From Negaprion brevirostris (Eukaryota): 64,000 nucleotides of DNA. The DNA lies in contig JARDVH010000097.1 of NCBI GenBank assembly GCA_030324005.1, positions 56,768,383 to 56,832,382 of the forward strand. The letters are read 5' to 3'. Made by a program: the position numbers and the translations under genes. How positions within the stretch are numbered: position 1 is the first letter of the stretch; each line of letters opens with the position of its first letter. Below, piece after piece: positions 40,865 to 52,209 of the stretch. Under the pieces are notes generated by a model. It was given only the letters and a program-made list of their open reading frames with translations, ran no database searches and was not told the DNA's origin.

Positions 40865-41125
40865 CATAAAATGATAGAATCCCTACTCTGCAGATATAGG
40901 CCATTCGGCCCATTGAGCCTGCACCAACAACAATTCCCCCCCAGGCCCTATCCCCACATATTTACCCTGCTAATCCTCCTGACACTAAGAGATAATTTAG
41001 CCGGGCCAATGAATCTAACCCACACTCTTTGGACTGTGGGAGGAAACCCATGCAGATACAGGGAGAACTCCACACAGGCAGTCACCCTAGGCTGGAATTG
41101 AACCGGGGTCCCAAGCACCATGAGG
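40865..41125 (-). mobile_element. V-type tRNA SINE, head degraded
   Basis: Shows tctttggactgtgggaggaaaccc and the tail atagaatccctactctgcag. Confidence 0.85.
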
Positions 41126-41786
41126 TAGAAATGGGGAGATTGAAAGGCAGCATTATAATGAAATCTGATTTTCGGAGTGTGTTTTGCATTTGCTTTACTG
41201 AAAATGAAATGTTAGCTTTTGGTGTATTTCATGAAAAGTAATAAAGAGCTGAGCTTAACTGCATCAGCAGTATTGTATTTGTCCAAGGACTTTCTGTGCC
41301 TTCCATGGGGCTACTCAGTAGAGTGATGTTCTAAAACTGGTGCCCCATCTTAATAAGGACATTTGTTGCTGTTCAATTGCAGTTCCTACTGGCTTTTCAT
41401 AGAACAGGACTGAAGGTAAACCAGGATTTCACCCTTCTAGGTAAAGGATGCAAGCAGATAATTGGAAGAAAATGAGACTGCTATGTACAATGGTTATTTT
41501 TAATATTGCTGTCACTTAGCGTATGGCAGAGAAAAGCACGATAGAGAAATGGAAACACAAACTAAATGAGAAAAATGCCAGTACAGAATGGCAAGGTTAA
41601 AAACCTGATCCAGAAATGTCAAAAAACAGCGTAATAATAACTAGAATTAATAAACATGAGAAGGAGAATAGGCAGGTCAGAGAAAGAGTTCAAAGTGCGT
41701 TCAGATGGCAGATGGGGGAATCTTTTGAATTTTAGTGTGTTGACACCAAACTACTACTTTTCCCATCAGATGCCCATTTAGTCAAT

Positions 41787-41913
41787 GGGCAGGATTTTAC
41801 AACCTCGCTCATCCCGAAACCGAAAAATCCCACTCAAGGTCAATGGACCTTTCCATGTTCCGCCCCTTGCCCGCTCCAATTCCTGTGGTGGGTGGGATGG
41901 TAAAATTCCAACT
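41787..41913. mobile_element. MITE, family A
   Basis: Termini GGGCAGGATTTTAC and GTAAAATTCCAAC, plus the shared core. Confidence 0.7.
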
Positions 41914-42384
41914 ATTATGTGAAGGCATCAAGCAGCGCTAAAGGTTTCCATGTGTGTGAGAGAGAGTGAAAGAGAATCAGAGACTCATGTCCATGGACTG
42001 CTACCATGTATTTGTGACATCTAAAAAAGAAGAGGGAAAGGACAACTGAAGGATGAGCAAATTATAATGCTGAAGTGGCAAGAATACCAAATAAATAATT
42101 TTCCTCAGTTTTCAAGGTTCTAATAAAGAGGAAATTGCAATAGTGAAGAAGACTAATACAACAGTTAAGACAGGAATGTGAGAAATACCAGAGAATCCAA
42201 CTAAAATTACATGTGACACCCTGAGCCTAAGGTGGATTCCAACCACAGCTACTCAAAGAAGCTATGCAAGAGTTAGCATTAGCGTGAGTATCCATGTATA
42301 AAAACTATAGAAAAAATAGTGCCAGAGAACTGACAAACAGTTGAAGCAATTTTTATCTTATAAAAAGAACACATTCAAATGTTA

Positions 42385-43435
42385 TCTCTCACACCCTCAG
42401 GATGTCCCTGAGCACTTTACAGCCAATGATGTATGTTTGAAGTAAACATTTGCATTGTAGGGAATGCAGCAATTTGCTAACAATAAACTCCCACGAACAG
42501 CAATGTGTCAATGACCAGCTTGGTTTTAATTATTGTTTAAGGGATACATATTGGCCAGATCACTTGGGATAACTCACCCCATTATCTTCAGGGTGGTGTA
42601 ATGAGGGGATAGGGGTTATTTTCCTCCCCCGCTTCTGACAGGCAGGACTGGCAGAGAATCAAACTGGAAACCCAAAATGGTTTTTACACCAGCGGGACAT
42701 CCCTACTCGATTGTCTCCATCGTCCCCATGATGTAACAAGCTTCCTGCCTTACAATGATGGAACCCCATTATAATATATTTTAATATAATTTGCAGGCTT
42801 CCCTGCTGCAACACCCCCCACCCCATAGAAACGTTTCCCCCATCCAGCAGCATGACATCACGTTGGTGTGCTTTACACCAGGTTTTTAAAAACAAGGAAC
42901 TGGTGAAAAAAGCCTGCTGGAGGCCAGCGCCCGTTGGGGAGAGTGTCATGCCCAGGCAGCACCCTACCTCTGCCCCACTGCCCTCAGGTAGTGCCAGAGG
43001 GTCCATGGGGGTATGGTCAGTGGGGAATGTTCCTTGTATCTATTTTATCATCTTGACATTGCAGTGCCATTTAAAAAGAACCTAGGTCAGTGACGGGATG
43101 GGCTCCCTAGTGTGACATTGTGGGACCCCCCCACCCTTCATTTTTATTGCCTGTGTTTAAAATTATGAGGGGAAAAGCCGGCAGTGCAGCTTATCCTGCC
43201 TGAGTTGACACTTGGACAAAAAAAATGAGAAAATTCTGCACAGGATGTTTTCTGTCCACCCGAAAGTCCAGAAGGGACCTGGCTTTGACACCTGATCGAA
43301 TAACTGCATCCCCAGTGGTGCAGCACTGTTTCAATACTGCGCTGGAATGTAAGGTTTAATCATTTTACTTCAGTCCTGGACTGGGACCCACAGCTTTCTG
43401 ATTCATGGTGACAGTGCTACTAACTGAGCCACGGC
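42385..43435 (-). mobile_element. Deu-domain SINE split by a DNA transposon-like insert (about 42610-43240)
   Basis: Tail and core at 42385-42600 (gagcactttacagccaatga..ctcccacgaacagcaatg..attggccag); tRNA-like head at 43290-43435. Confidence 0.7.
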
Positions 43436-43442
43436 TAATGCT

Positions 43443-43651
43443 GATGAGGTGGAGATGCTAGGCATTGGACTGGGGTTTAGCACAGTAAGAAATTTCACAA
43501 CATCAAGTTAAAGTCCAACAGGTTTATTTGGAATCACGATCTTTAAGAGCACCGCTCCTTCATCACTTACCTGTTGAAGGAGCAGCGCTTTGAAAACTTG
43601 TTTTTCCAAATAAACCTATTGGACTTTAACCTGGTGTTGTGAGACTTTTTA
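43443..43651. mobile_element. Penelope-like element remnant: inverted pair of terminal repeats with a probable target-site duplication
   Basis: Arms 43485-43565 and 43572-43652 form a hairpin (gttaaagtccaacaggtttatttggaa / ttccaaataaacctattggactttaac). Flanks ccacggctaatgct and ccatggctgatgct match 12/14. Confidence 0.7.
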
Positions 43652-44574
43652 CCATGGCTGATGCTAGCAAAGCTGAAATGAATCCAGACAGTCTAAAGAG
43701 CTATTTCTTACGGTCAGTCGAGGAAGAGATACTTGAATTGTTCCATAAGGGTGACAACAAAACATTGTGGGTCAGACAGTAAAATAAAAATAGTCAGCAT
43801 GGATTTCAAAAAGAAAAGTCTTGTTTAATCAACTTTCCTGAATTCTTTGAAGAAATCACGGAAACAGTAGAGATGATTGTTGGGTGCAATGCAGTTGATG
43901 TAGCATACATGAACATTCAGAAGGCCTTCATTAAGATGTAAGAGTGTTATGATCGTGTTGGGGTCTATTAACATTAAGAGAAGAAATCCAAACCCCAACT
44001 ATTGACCCACAGAACTTTGCCCTACAAACTACTGTATATTTCAAGAGAAAGCAAAGCACGATTAACTTAATGGTTTGGTGAGAGTCTTCCCCTCAGTGCA
44101 GAGTGCTGGCTGAGATGAGAAAACAGGCGTGTAGCTGTTCAGCTGCACCTCAGTCCAACCACACAGGCATTGGGGACAACTCCCTCCACCACACACAGAA
44201 TCCCACCATTCATAAAAGAAACTTCCCTCCCTCCCCATGGGACTATCTGGAAGGCCCACCTCCAGCACTGTCATCGTAACACAGGTTGGCGCTGCCAGGG
44301 CACTGTCCAGGCATGGCTCCCTTCCCCCAGGAGGGGGCGTTATACTTACCTTGGTGCCCCCGGTGAGTTCCCCCAGTTTTATTCCTGTGTTTATGTGCCT
44401 GCTGTAAACCTCACTGATGTGACATCACATTAGTGATGTATGAATAGTTAGTAAGAGGGGATTGTATGGTGATATAATATGTAAATTTATTGAAATGAGG
44501 TGGGAACCTCATCACAAGGGGGGGTGGAAAATCGAGAATCTCGTTTCCCAATTTTCACGGGACTTTGGGACAAT

Positions 44575-45050
44575 GTTTGATTTGATCTGATTTGGTTTAT
44601 TATTGTCATGTATTAATGAAAAGTATTGTTTCTTCATGCTATACAGACAAAACATACCATTCATAGAGAAGGAAAGGAGAAAGTGCAAGATGTAGTGTTA
44701 CAGTCATGGCTAGGGTGTAGAGAAAGATCAACTTGATGCGAAGTAGGTCCATTCAAAACTCTGATGGCAGCAGGGAAGAAGATGTTTTTGAATCAGTTGG
44801 AATGTGTCCTCAGACTTTTGTATCTTTTTCCTGACGGAAGAGAGTATGTCCATGATGCGTGGGATTCTTAATTATGCTGGCTGCTACTCCCAAGTGTAGA
44901 CAATGTCAATGGATGGAGGCTGGTTTGAGTGATAGACTGTACTTCATTCATAACCTATTTAGTTTCTTGGACCAGGCAGGAGCAATACCAAGTTGTGTTA
45001 CAACCAGGAAGAATACTTTCTATGGTGTATCTGTAGAAGTTGGTGAAAGT
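44575..45050 (-). mobile_element. Rex1/Babar-like LINE 3' end
   Basis: (ttgat)n tail and tttattattgtca, plus an ORF C-terminal remnant LPSGKRYKSLRT..NxFKNIFFPAAIR on the minus strand. Confidence 0.65.
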
Positions 45051-45319
45051 TATAGCTCAGACAGAGTACAACGAACCCTTTCACCTGACAAAGAGTATCT
45101 GTCTCCTATCGGATATGCTGTGGAGTAACAAATTGGGAAATGACATCGATGGCACTTGTCCTATTTGATGTACACATAAATGATTTGTATTCAGGAATTA
45201 AAGGTATCATATTGAAATTTACCATTGATGGCACATAACATAGAGGGCAGTAAATGATAAAAAGCGATAAGCAGGCTTGCTGAGTATACAGATAATGGCA
45301 AGTGAACTTTAATTTAGCT

Positions 45320-45973
45320 CAGGGGTCTTCAAACTTTTCAGTACTAGGGCCACATCATATATTTCACACATTTTCACAGGCCAAAGAAAAAAAATGGTTC
45401 TAAAGTTAGGGAGTTACTTTTATAATAAAGTTATTTTTCTAAAAAAGGCGCCAAATAATTTTGAATTCATTGCGATTGGTGACCGCGTTACACGGCAATT
45501 GGCTGCAGCAGATGTCAGTCACAATACGGGTGTTGCGCTGAGCACATCGCTCTACAGTTGGTCCGAATTGCCACCGTCATTGTCATTGTTCTCACTTATT
45601 TCAGATGGATGGAGCTTACAGATTGGATAAAGCAGCTGTCACTCAGTCAATGAAGAGCGGCAATTGGATAACAGATATCTCAATTGCTGACTCGTTTAAT
45701 GAACTGTCAGTCACAGGACAGCAGCTTTGATTGGACAATAGGCCGCTCAAGAGGGTGGGGATTCCCACGGGTCCATCAGACACCGGGTGAAGCGGCAGCA
45801 AATGTCCGGCCTGTGGCTTCCGTCCCCGCGTCCGGGTCCTGAGTCAGCGGTGGGGTTCCAGACACAGGAATGTTTTCAGCAGCGGGAATCCCATCTCACC
45901 CCACTGGCTGTGGGCCAGATGTAGCCCGCTGTGGGTCGGATGTGACCCGTGGGCCACAGTTTGGTGACCCCTG
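45320..45973. mobile_element. Non-autonomous hAT (Charlie-like) DNA transposon, 654 bp
   Basis: TIRs CAGGGGTCTTCAAACT and AGTTTGGTGACCCCTG; 8-bp TSD atttagct / acttagct (7/8). Confidence 0.88.
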
Positions 45974-46445
45974 ACTTAGCTCAGGGTAATGTGGTTCATT
46001 TGAAAGGAGGGATAAGGAAGCCTCTTGTTCCTTGGAAGATATAAATGGGTTAGTGGAGGAAACAGACCAGGGAATACAGATACATGAAACGCTAAAAATA
46101 GTAATACAAGTTGTGAAGATCAGAACGAGTACAAAGCATTAAGATTCATTGCATAATGATAGAATACAAATGAAGCAGATAACATTAAATTTCTTAAGGG
46201 TCTTTGTTAAACTACAGTTGGAGTACTGCGTGCAGTTCTGGTTTCTAATTAGCAAAAATGATTCTGATACATTAAAGGATATGCAGAAAAGATTTAGGAG
46301 GACATTACCAGAATTGAGAGAATGCAATGATCAAGAAAAAAAACAGGTTTCTTTGCCCTGAAGAGGAGAGGCCTGCTAACGCTCTTATTATGAAGTGTAT
46401 GGTGGACTGAAGGTGTCTTATACCAGAGTTATCATGTGTTGCATG

Positions 46446-46758
46446 CTCGGCCTTTTGGCTAAGATCAAGTGTAGTGTGGACATGCCATGCTTGGTTGAAG
46501 TCGTTAGGTTACATTTTAGCTTCATTTGAAGCATCTTTTTTAAAGTGGCATCTCGGCCTTTTGGTTAAGATGCACATGAGATCAAGGCTTGGAGGAGGAA
46601 CTATGCCTAGTCCAATCAGCTTGGACCATGTAGACCAAGCCCAAGACAGGAGGTAAGAGCCCTGTCTTGTCAGCTTGGATTGGGAGTGTCTCAACTTGTT
46701 GAGACTCTGAATTGGACTTGACTGGATTGAATTGGAATAAAAACAAACAAAACAAAAC
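46446..46758 (+). mobile_element. U2 snRNA-headed, A-tailed SINE-like element with two U2-derived heads
   Basis: 46446-46475 matches U2 nt 8-37 as I recall the sequence; 46551-46571 matches U2 nt 7-27 with one mismatch. Ends in AATAAA plus an A-rich tail, and the same 3' end recurs at 48045-48091. Confidence 0.75.
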
Positions 46759-47291
46759 CTTTTTATTGTCTTTCACTCAGCGTTGAAACATACACTGTCT
46801 GGGAGACATTCTTAATTCTCTGTCTAGCTGCATATGTCACAGTTTGAGTCTAGTATATTTTTATCAATGCAACCTCCTGGTCTAAGTTTATCCATCGCTG
46901 TTGGTCACACACTATGACACACTGGACACATGTAGACAGTTCCTTGACATCTATTTCATAGCTCGACTTCTCCCTTTACAGAGCTACTAGGCCTGACCTA
47001 ATTCTCTAGAACTCCCTCTGTCAACATACAGAACTGAGTTCTCTGGTTAAACACAACAGATTGGATGTCAGTAGCCTCCAGCCAACTTCTCTTGCCTTTT
47101 TTCAAAAAACCCCGAAGGGCACCAGTTTTCCTTTTGATTATAGCCCCATCCTCAGAATTTTTTCCAGAGCAACCTTGGTGCTGTTTTGCTTCCAAAAAAC
47201 TCTCTGCTGGGCAAAAAGTTCAAGCACAGTATGTAAATCACAGGCATACGAAACAGTACCAAATGTAAAGAACCCACAATTTATCTTAAAC

Positions 47292-47587
47292 TAAAGTTTA
47301 TTTATTAGTTTCACAAGTAGACTTACTTAACACTGCAATGAAGTATTGCAAAAATTCCCTAGTCCCACACTCCAACAGCTGTGAGTACACAAAGGGAGAA
47401 TTTAGCATGGCCAATGCACTTAACCTACATTTTTTTCAGACTGCAGAAGGGAACCGGAGCACCCAGATGAAATTCATGCAGACATGGGGAGAATGTGCAA
47501 ACTCCACACAGTGACTTAAGCCAGAATCGAACCCAGGGCCCTGGCGCTGCGGCAGCAGTGCTAACCATTGCACCACTATGCCATCCC
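47292..47587 (-). mobile_element. V-type tRNA SINE, alternative tail
   Basis: Runs from tttattattagtttcacaagtag..cactgcaatgaagt to ggcagcagtgctaacca. Confidence 0.88.
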
Positions 47588-48224
47588 TAACTGAAACCCA
47601 AACTCGACTTTCCTGAATATGATCCACAATTGAGACGATCATAATTAGTTAAATTTTGAACATTGATTAAAAAATATCAAAAGAATGCACAGTTAATAAG
47701 GAAACGCATTCAAGTTCTTCCTCTAAAGGTAAACAAAGTATTTCCAAAAATTTGCAGCATGGATTTCCTCATAGATATCCTGCCTGTGCAGGAAGCGCAC
47801 ATCCTAGTGTTGCAATGTAAATATATTGAAATCACCAGAATAAAAGGGAGTGAGATAGCTTGATCTTGGGTTCGGACATAGCTGGGCACAACATCGAGGG
47901 CTCAAGGGCTTGTACTGTGCTGTACAGTTCTATGCCTATTATTANNNNNNNNNNNNNNNNNNNNNNNNNNNNNNNNNNNNNNNNNNNNNNNNNNNNNNNN
48001 NNNNNNNNNNNNNNNNNNNNNNNNNNNNNNNNNNNNNNNNNNNNAATTGGACTTGACTGGATTGAATTGGAATAAAAACAAAAAAAAAAAATTCCCTTAA
48101 AGGGGTTTGTCACAGTCTGTGACATCAACGGTTACTTTGTGGCCTTTATTCAGCCTAGATCTTGTGGAGTTGAACAGCTGCTTAATAAACCTGTTCTGTT
48201 GTTACACCAGAACCCGCACACAAT

Positions 48225-48354
48225 GGCCAGGATTCTCCAAACTCACCCGCAGCTGGGATGTTGCAGTCCTGCGACACTGAATGGAAATTTGGCTGAGCGC
48301 CAAATTCTCTGTTCTCATTAGCAGCGGCATATGCAACACCAGAGAACTCTGGCC
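48225..48354. mobile_element. MITE, family B
   Basis: TIRs GGCCAGGATTCTC and GAGAACTCTGGCC; core shared with 18209-18340. Confidence 0.7.
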
Positions 48355-49104
48355 TGTAACATTCTATACATTCATCCTGCAACAAGTGCTTTAAATATAA
48401 CAGAAGATGAAGCAATTGTTTCCACTGGTGAGTATAGCAAGAATGAGAGGCAAGAATATGATAGTCACTAATAGACCAAATAAAGATTTTCAGATGAATT
48501 TCTTTATGTGGGGACTAATGAGAATGTGGAACTCACTTCCATATATAGTGCTCAGAGAAGGCCACATGCGGCAAAATGGAAGAAGGTGAGATGGACTGGA
48601 AAGAGGTCATTAGAATGGGAGGAAGCTTAGAGACTATCTGGAGTAATACAGGCCAGTAAGGTCAAATAACTTGTTGCTGTTTTGTAGATTTTAGGTAATT
48701 CTGTGTAAGTGGTTTGAGCCAAGGAATTAACTACCAGTCAGAAATGTGAAGGGAANNNNNCGAAAGAACATATAAATTATGAAAGATAATTCACCCCAAA
48801 CCTTACTAAGAATATTAAAATATTAGTGTTTTACTTGTTGAGGTACTGAATAAAGATACAAATGTTTTCACTGATCCACAAAATTTATAGGAATGACTAG
48901 CTCAGTGACCTAGAATAATGAAGCGATTATGATACAAATCAGTAATAACCATGATCCACAGTTTTCAAAGAGCACATTTCACATTTCACTGCTTATTACA
49001 TTCCTGCACTTCCCTCCTTATCAGGACACTCACCCCGATAGAATACAATATGCTACCTTCCAGATGGAGTTGGACAAAGCAGTGATAGACACGGTGCAGG
49101 AGTT

Positions 49105-49402
49105 AGAACCACAGAATCCCTACAGTGCAGAAAGAAGCCATACAGCACATTGAGTCTGCACCAACTCTCTGAATGAGCATCCTTCCAATTCCACCCTCCC
49201 TCCCCCCGCGCCGCCCTATCCCTGTAACCCCACATATGGCTAACCTGCACAACTGTGGAGTGAGGGAGGAAAGTGGAGCACCTGGAGGAAACCCACAAAG
49301 ACACAGGGAGAATGTGTAAACTTTCACACAGTCACCCAAGGTCGGAATTGAACCCAGGTTCCTGATGCTGTGAGGCAGCAATGCTAACCACTGTTCCACC
49401 CA
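49105..49402 (-). mobile_element. V-type tRNA SINE, CR1-like tail
   Basis: Runs from agaatccctacagtgcag to gaggcagcaatgctaaccactg. Confidence 0.88.
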
Positions 49403-50623
49403 CATAGAATTCCATTTTGGTGACAGTCATTGTGACAATGGCAGGAATCTTCCTGGCCTTTGGGAGGCAGCTTTGGAAATTGTAGGGGTACTGAGAAGGA
49501 ACTGGAAAATATCACTGGCTCAACTTCCACAGGGCTGGGCTGCCATAAGAATCGGCAACCCACTCCATTCAGTCACGGCAAATAAGGGCTCACTTCAGGG
49601 CCATTTTTACACCCTGCCTCCTCAACCCCAGTGATATTGCACAAGTTGTTTCCTTAACATATCAAACCCCCTCCCTTCACTTTACTCAGCAGACTGTCTT
49701 CCTAAACACTCTTATCCTGCACTCACTGAGCAGGCGCTGTTCTCAACCTGCCCGAAATGCAGTTCTGACTGAACTCCACCAGTGCCCCCAGCATCTCTGG
49801 ACCAACCCTTCCCCCAACCAAGATTCAGGACTGATGCCCCCACCTGAGACCCAGGACATCGCACGCCAAGACTCGAGCCTGATTCTCCCATTGANNNNNN
49901 GCTGTGCCACTATATCCCCAGCATATCCATTCCCTCAATTTTCTGCCCCCCAGCTTGGGGTTACTGGACTTGGACCTGGAACTGAGCTCAGCTGCCCCTT
50001 ACATTTGAGGCTCCAGTCCAACTGCAAAGACAGATCACTAACCGGTTCCTGTGTCATGCCAAGCCGAATGGGATGACCTCTAAGTAGCACATGTGCAAGC
50101 ACTAAAGGCAGTAACAAGAGGAAACTCTCCAGCAGTCTCTAAATTGCTGCACCAGAAGTATGGGAGAAATTACATGCTGGTACAGAATGTGGGATAATCA
50201 CCTAAATTCTCAGGTGGGGGCATCAGTCCTGAACCTCGGGTGGGGGAAAGGGTTGGTCTGGAGATGCTGGGGGGGCTTTGCTGAACTGAAGTGAGGGGAG
50301 GGGGTTTGATATATTAAGGAAGCACTTGTGCAAATCACTGGGGTTGAGGAGGCAGGGTGTAAAAATGGCCCTGAAGTGAGTCCTTAATTGCCTTGATTGA
50401 ATGAGCGGGTTGCTAATTCTTATGGCAGCCCAGCCCTGTGGAAATTGAGCCAGTGACATTTTCCAGTTCCTTCTCAGTACCCCCACAATTTCCAAAGCTG
50501 CCTCCCAAAGACCAGGAAAATTCCGGCCATTGTCACAATGACTGTCACTAAAATGGAATTCTGTGTGGGTGGAACAGTGGCACAGTGGTTAGCACTGCTG
50601 CCTGACAGCACCAGGAACCTGGG
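49353..50623. repeat. Inverted duplication, arms 49353-49849 and 50208-50623
   Basis: For example, cacttcagggccatttttacaccctgcctcctcaaccccagtgat pairs with atcactggggttgaggaggcagggtgtaaaaatggccctgaagtg. The left arm has about 100 extra bp. Confidence 0.95.
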
Positions 50624-51189
50624 ACACAGGACATTTGGTCACCCTGGTGGAAAGGCCATCAGAGCCTCCCCTCCTTACCCCAGTGATGGAGTCACGACAT
50701 TGAAATGTCCACAGCCACAGCCATAATCGTTCTTGTGGAGGGGTTCCTTTTCCACATTGATGGCCTGAACAGATCCAGGCCTTCTTGGTTATGAAACATT
50801 CTGCAACTTCTCAAGAGCAGCACCTCCATTTTGTAGCACCCTTGCTCTCACCTTCTGCCTCAGTACTTTCCACCTCTTTCCCATGATAGGTGCCAACTAG
50901 TCAGTCCCACAGACCCTTCATTGGGTCCCACACATTGCTGTTACACCTGCCACACACACAATGGCCAATTAGAAAGTAAATACCAAAGTGGTCAATTAGA
51001 AGGCAACCACATGTAAAGTTGCGCCAGTGAGCACGCTGCCAGAGTTCATGGGTGAAAGGATCTGCAAATGCTCCTGGTGTTAATTTTCAGATGCCCACTT
51101 GAAAATTTAGAACCGAAGCTATCTTAAATGCAGAAGATATTTTCAAAGAGGCCAAAATATGTTTGATCTGGATTGCAAATTTTATATGC

Positions 51190-51850
51190 AAAATAGGGGC
51201 AGGAGTCGTCAGTTGGACCTTCTAGCCTAAACCANNNNNNNNNNNNNNNNNNNNNNNNNNNNNNNNNNNNNNNNNNNNNNNNNNNATGACTCATCTGATT
51301 GTAATCACAACTCCACATTCAGGTTGTCTCTTACTCTTGTTAACTCTAGCAGATACAAGCCTAGTCTACCCAACCTTTCTTCATTAGCCACCATGTTCTT
51401 TCCTGGCATTAGTCTAATAAACCTTCCCTGAACTCTTCCAATGCATTTATTTCCTTCCTTAAATAAGAAGGTTAATACTGTATACATTATTCCAGGTGTT
51501 GCCTTACAAATGTCCTGTATACCCTCCTATTTTAGTATTCAGTTTCTAACATTTTCCTTCTGACCAATGCTTAACTAACTGGCCTGTAGTTTCCTCCTTT
51601 CTGTCTCCCTCCCTTTTTAAATAAAGACGTTAGATTCACTATTTTCCAATCTGCTGGAACCTTTCCTGAAACTAAGGAATTTTGGAAAATTAAAACCAAT
51701 ACATCAGCTATTTCACTGGACATTTCCTTTACTATCCTAGGATGGTGTCCACCAGGACCCAGAGACTTGCCAATCTGCAGCCCCATCAGTTTGCTCAGTA
51801 TCACTTACCTGGTGAATTTACTAAGTTCCTCCCTCCTTTTCATTTCCTGA
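51190..51850 (-). mobile_element. CR1 LINE fragments with an internal deletion
   Basis: ORF 51571-51804(-) contains KSLGPGGHHPRIVKE..IFQNSLVSGKVPADWKIVN..FKKGGRQKGGNYRPVS. ORF 51305-51487(-) contains RVQGRFIRLMPG..EERLGRLGLY. Confidence 0.88.
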
Positions 51851-52209
51851 ACTTTGCTAAATAATACCACATTGCAAGGGCTAATAAGTTGGGAGTAATA
51901 CAAGTAATACAGCATAACAGACCATTGCTGAATTTCCTAATGAGCATTAATTATGAGCAAAAGCAGCCCAAGTTACTTGTACTTTTCACCAGGCAATATC
52001 AGGAAATGATACATTAGAAATTCAATACTTTCTGTTGATAAACCATCTGTTATATTATTCTTTATCAATGGTGTTTTCTATATGGCCAATGCAATTTTCA
52101 GGGAGACAATCCTTTTGTAATGCATTTCCTTCATCAGGTGTTCCATTACTCAGTCAATATTGTCTGTTAATTGATTAAAGTGGAAGTTAATTTGGGAATA
52201 TATGAGCTT

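Larger units (their letters stand above)
42100..48710 (+). mobile_element. One ancient CR1 LINE ORF2 fragmented by nested insertions (pieces at about 42100-42370, 43680-43945, 45130-45319, 45982-46430, 48400-48710)
   Basis: The pieces follow CR1 ORF2 order: P.LLKE..VPENW; SQHGFQKEKSCLINF..VDVAYMNIQKAF; YINDL..ILKF; LEYCVQFW; LFPLV..MRG..RMWNSLP; 3' UTR. Confidence 0.7.

Noticed and set aside
46446-46475. Functional U2 snRNA gene
   Set aside because: Only about 30 of roughly 190 nt are present, with no Sm site or 3' stems. It is treated as part of a retroposon-like element.
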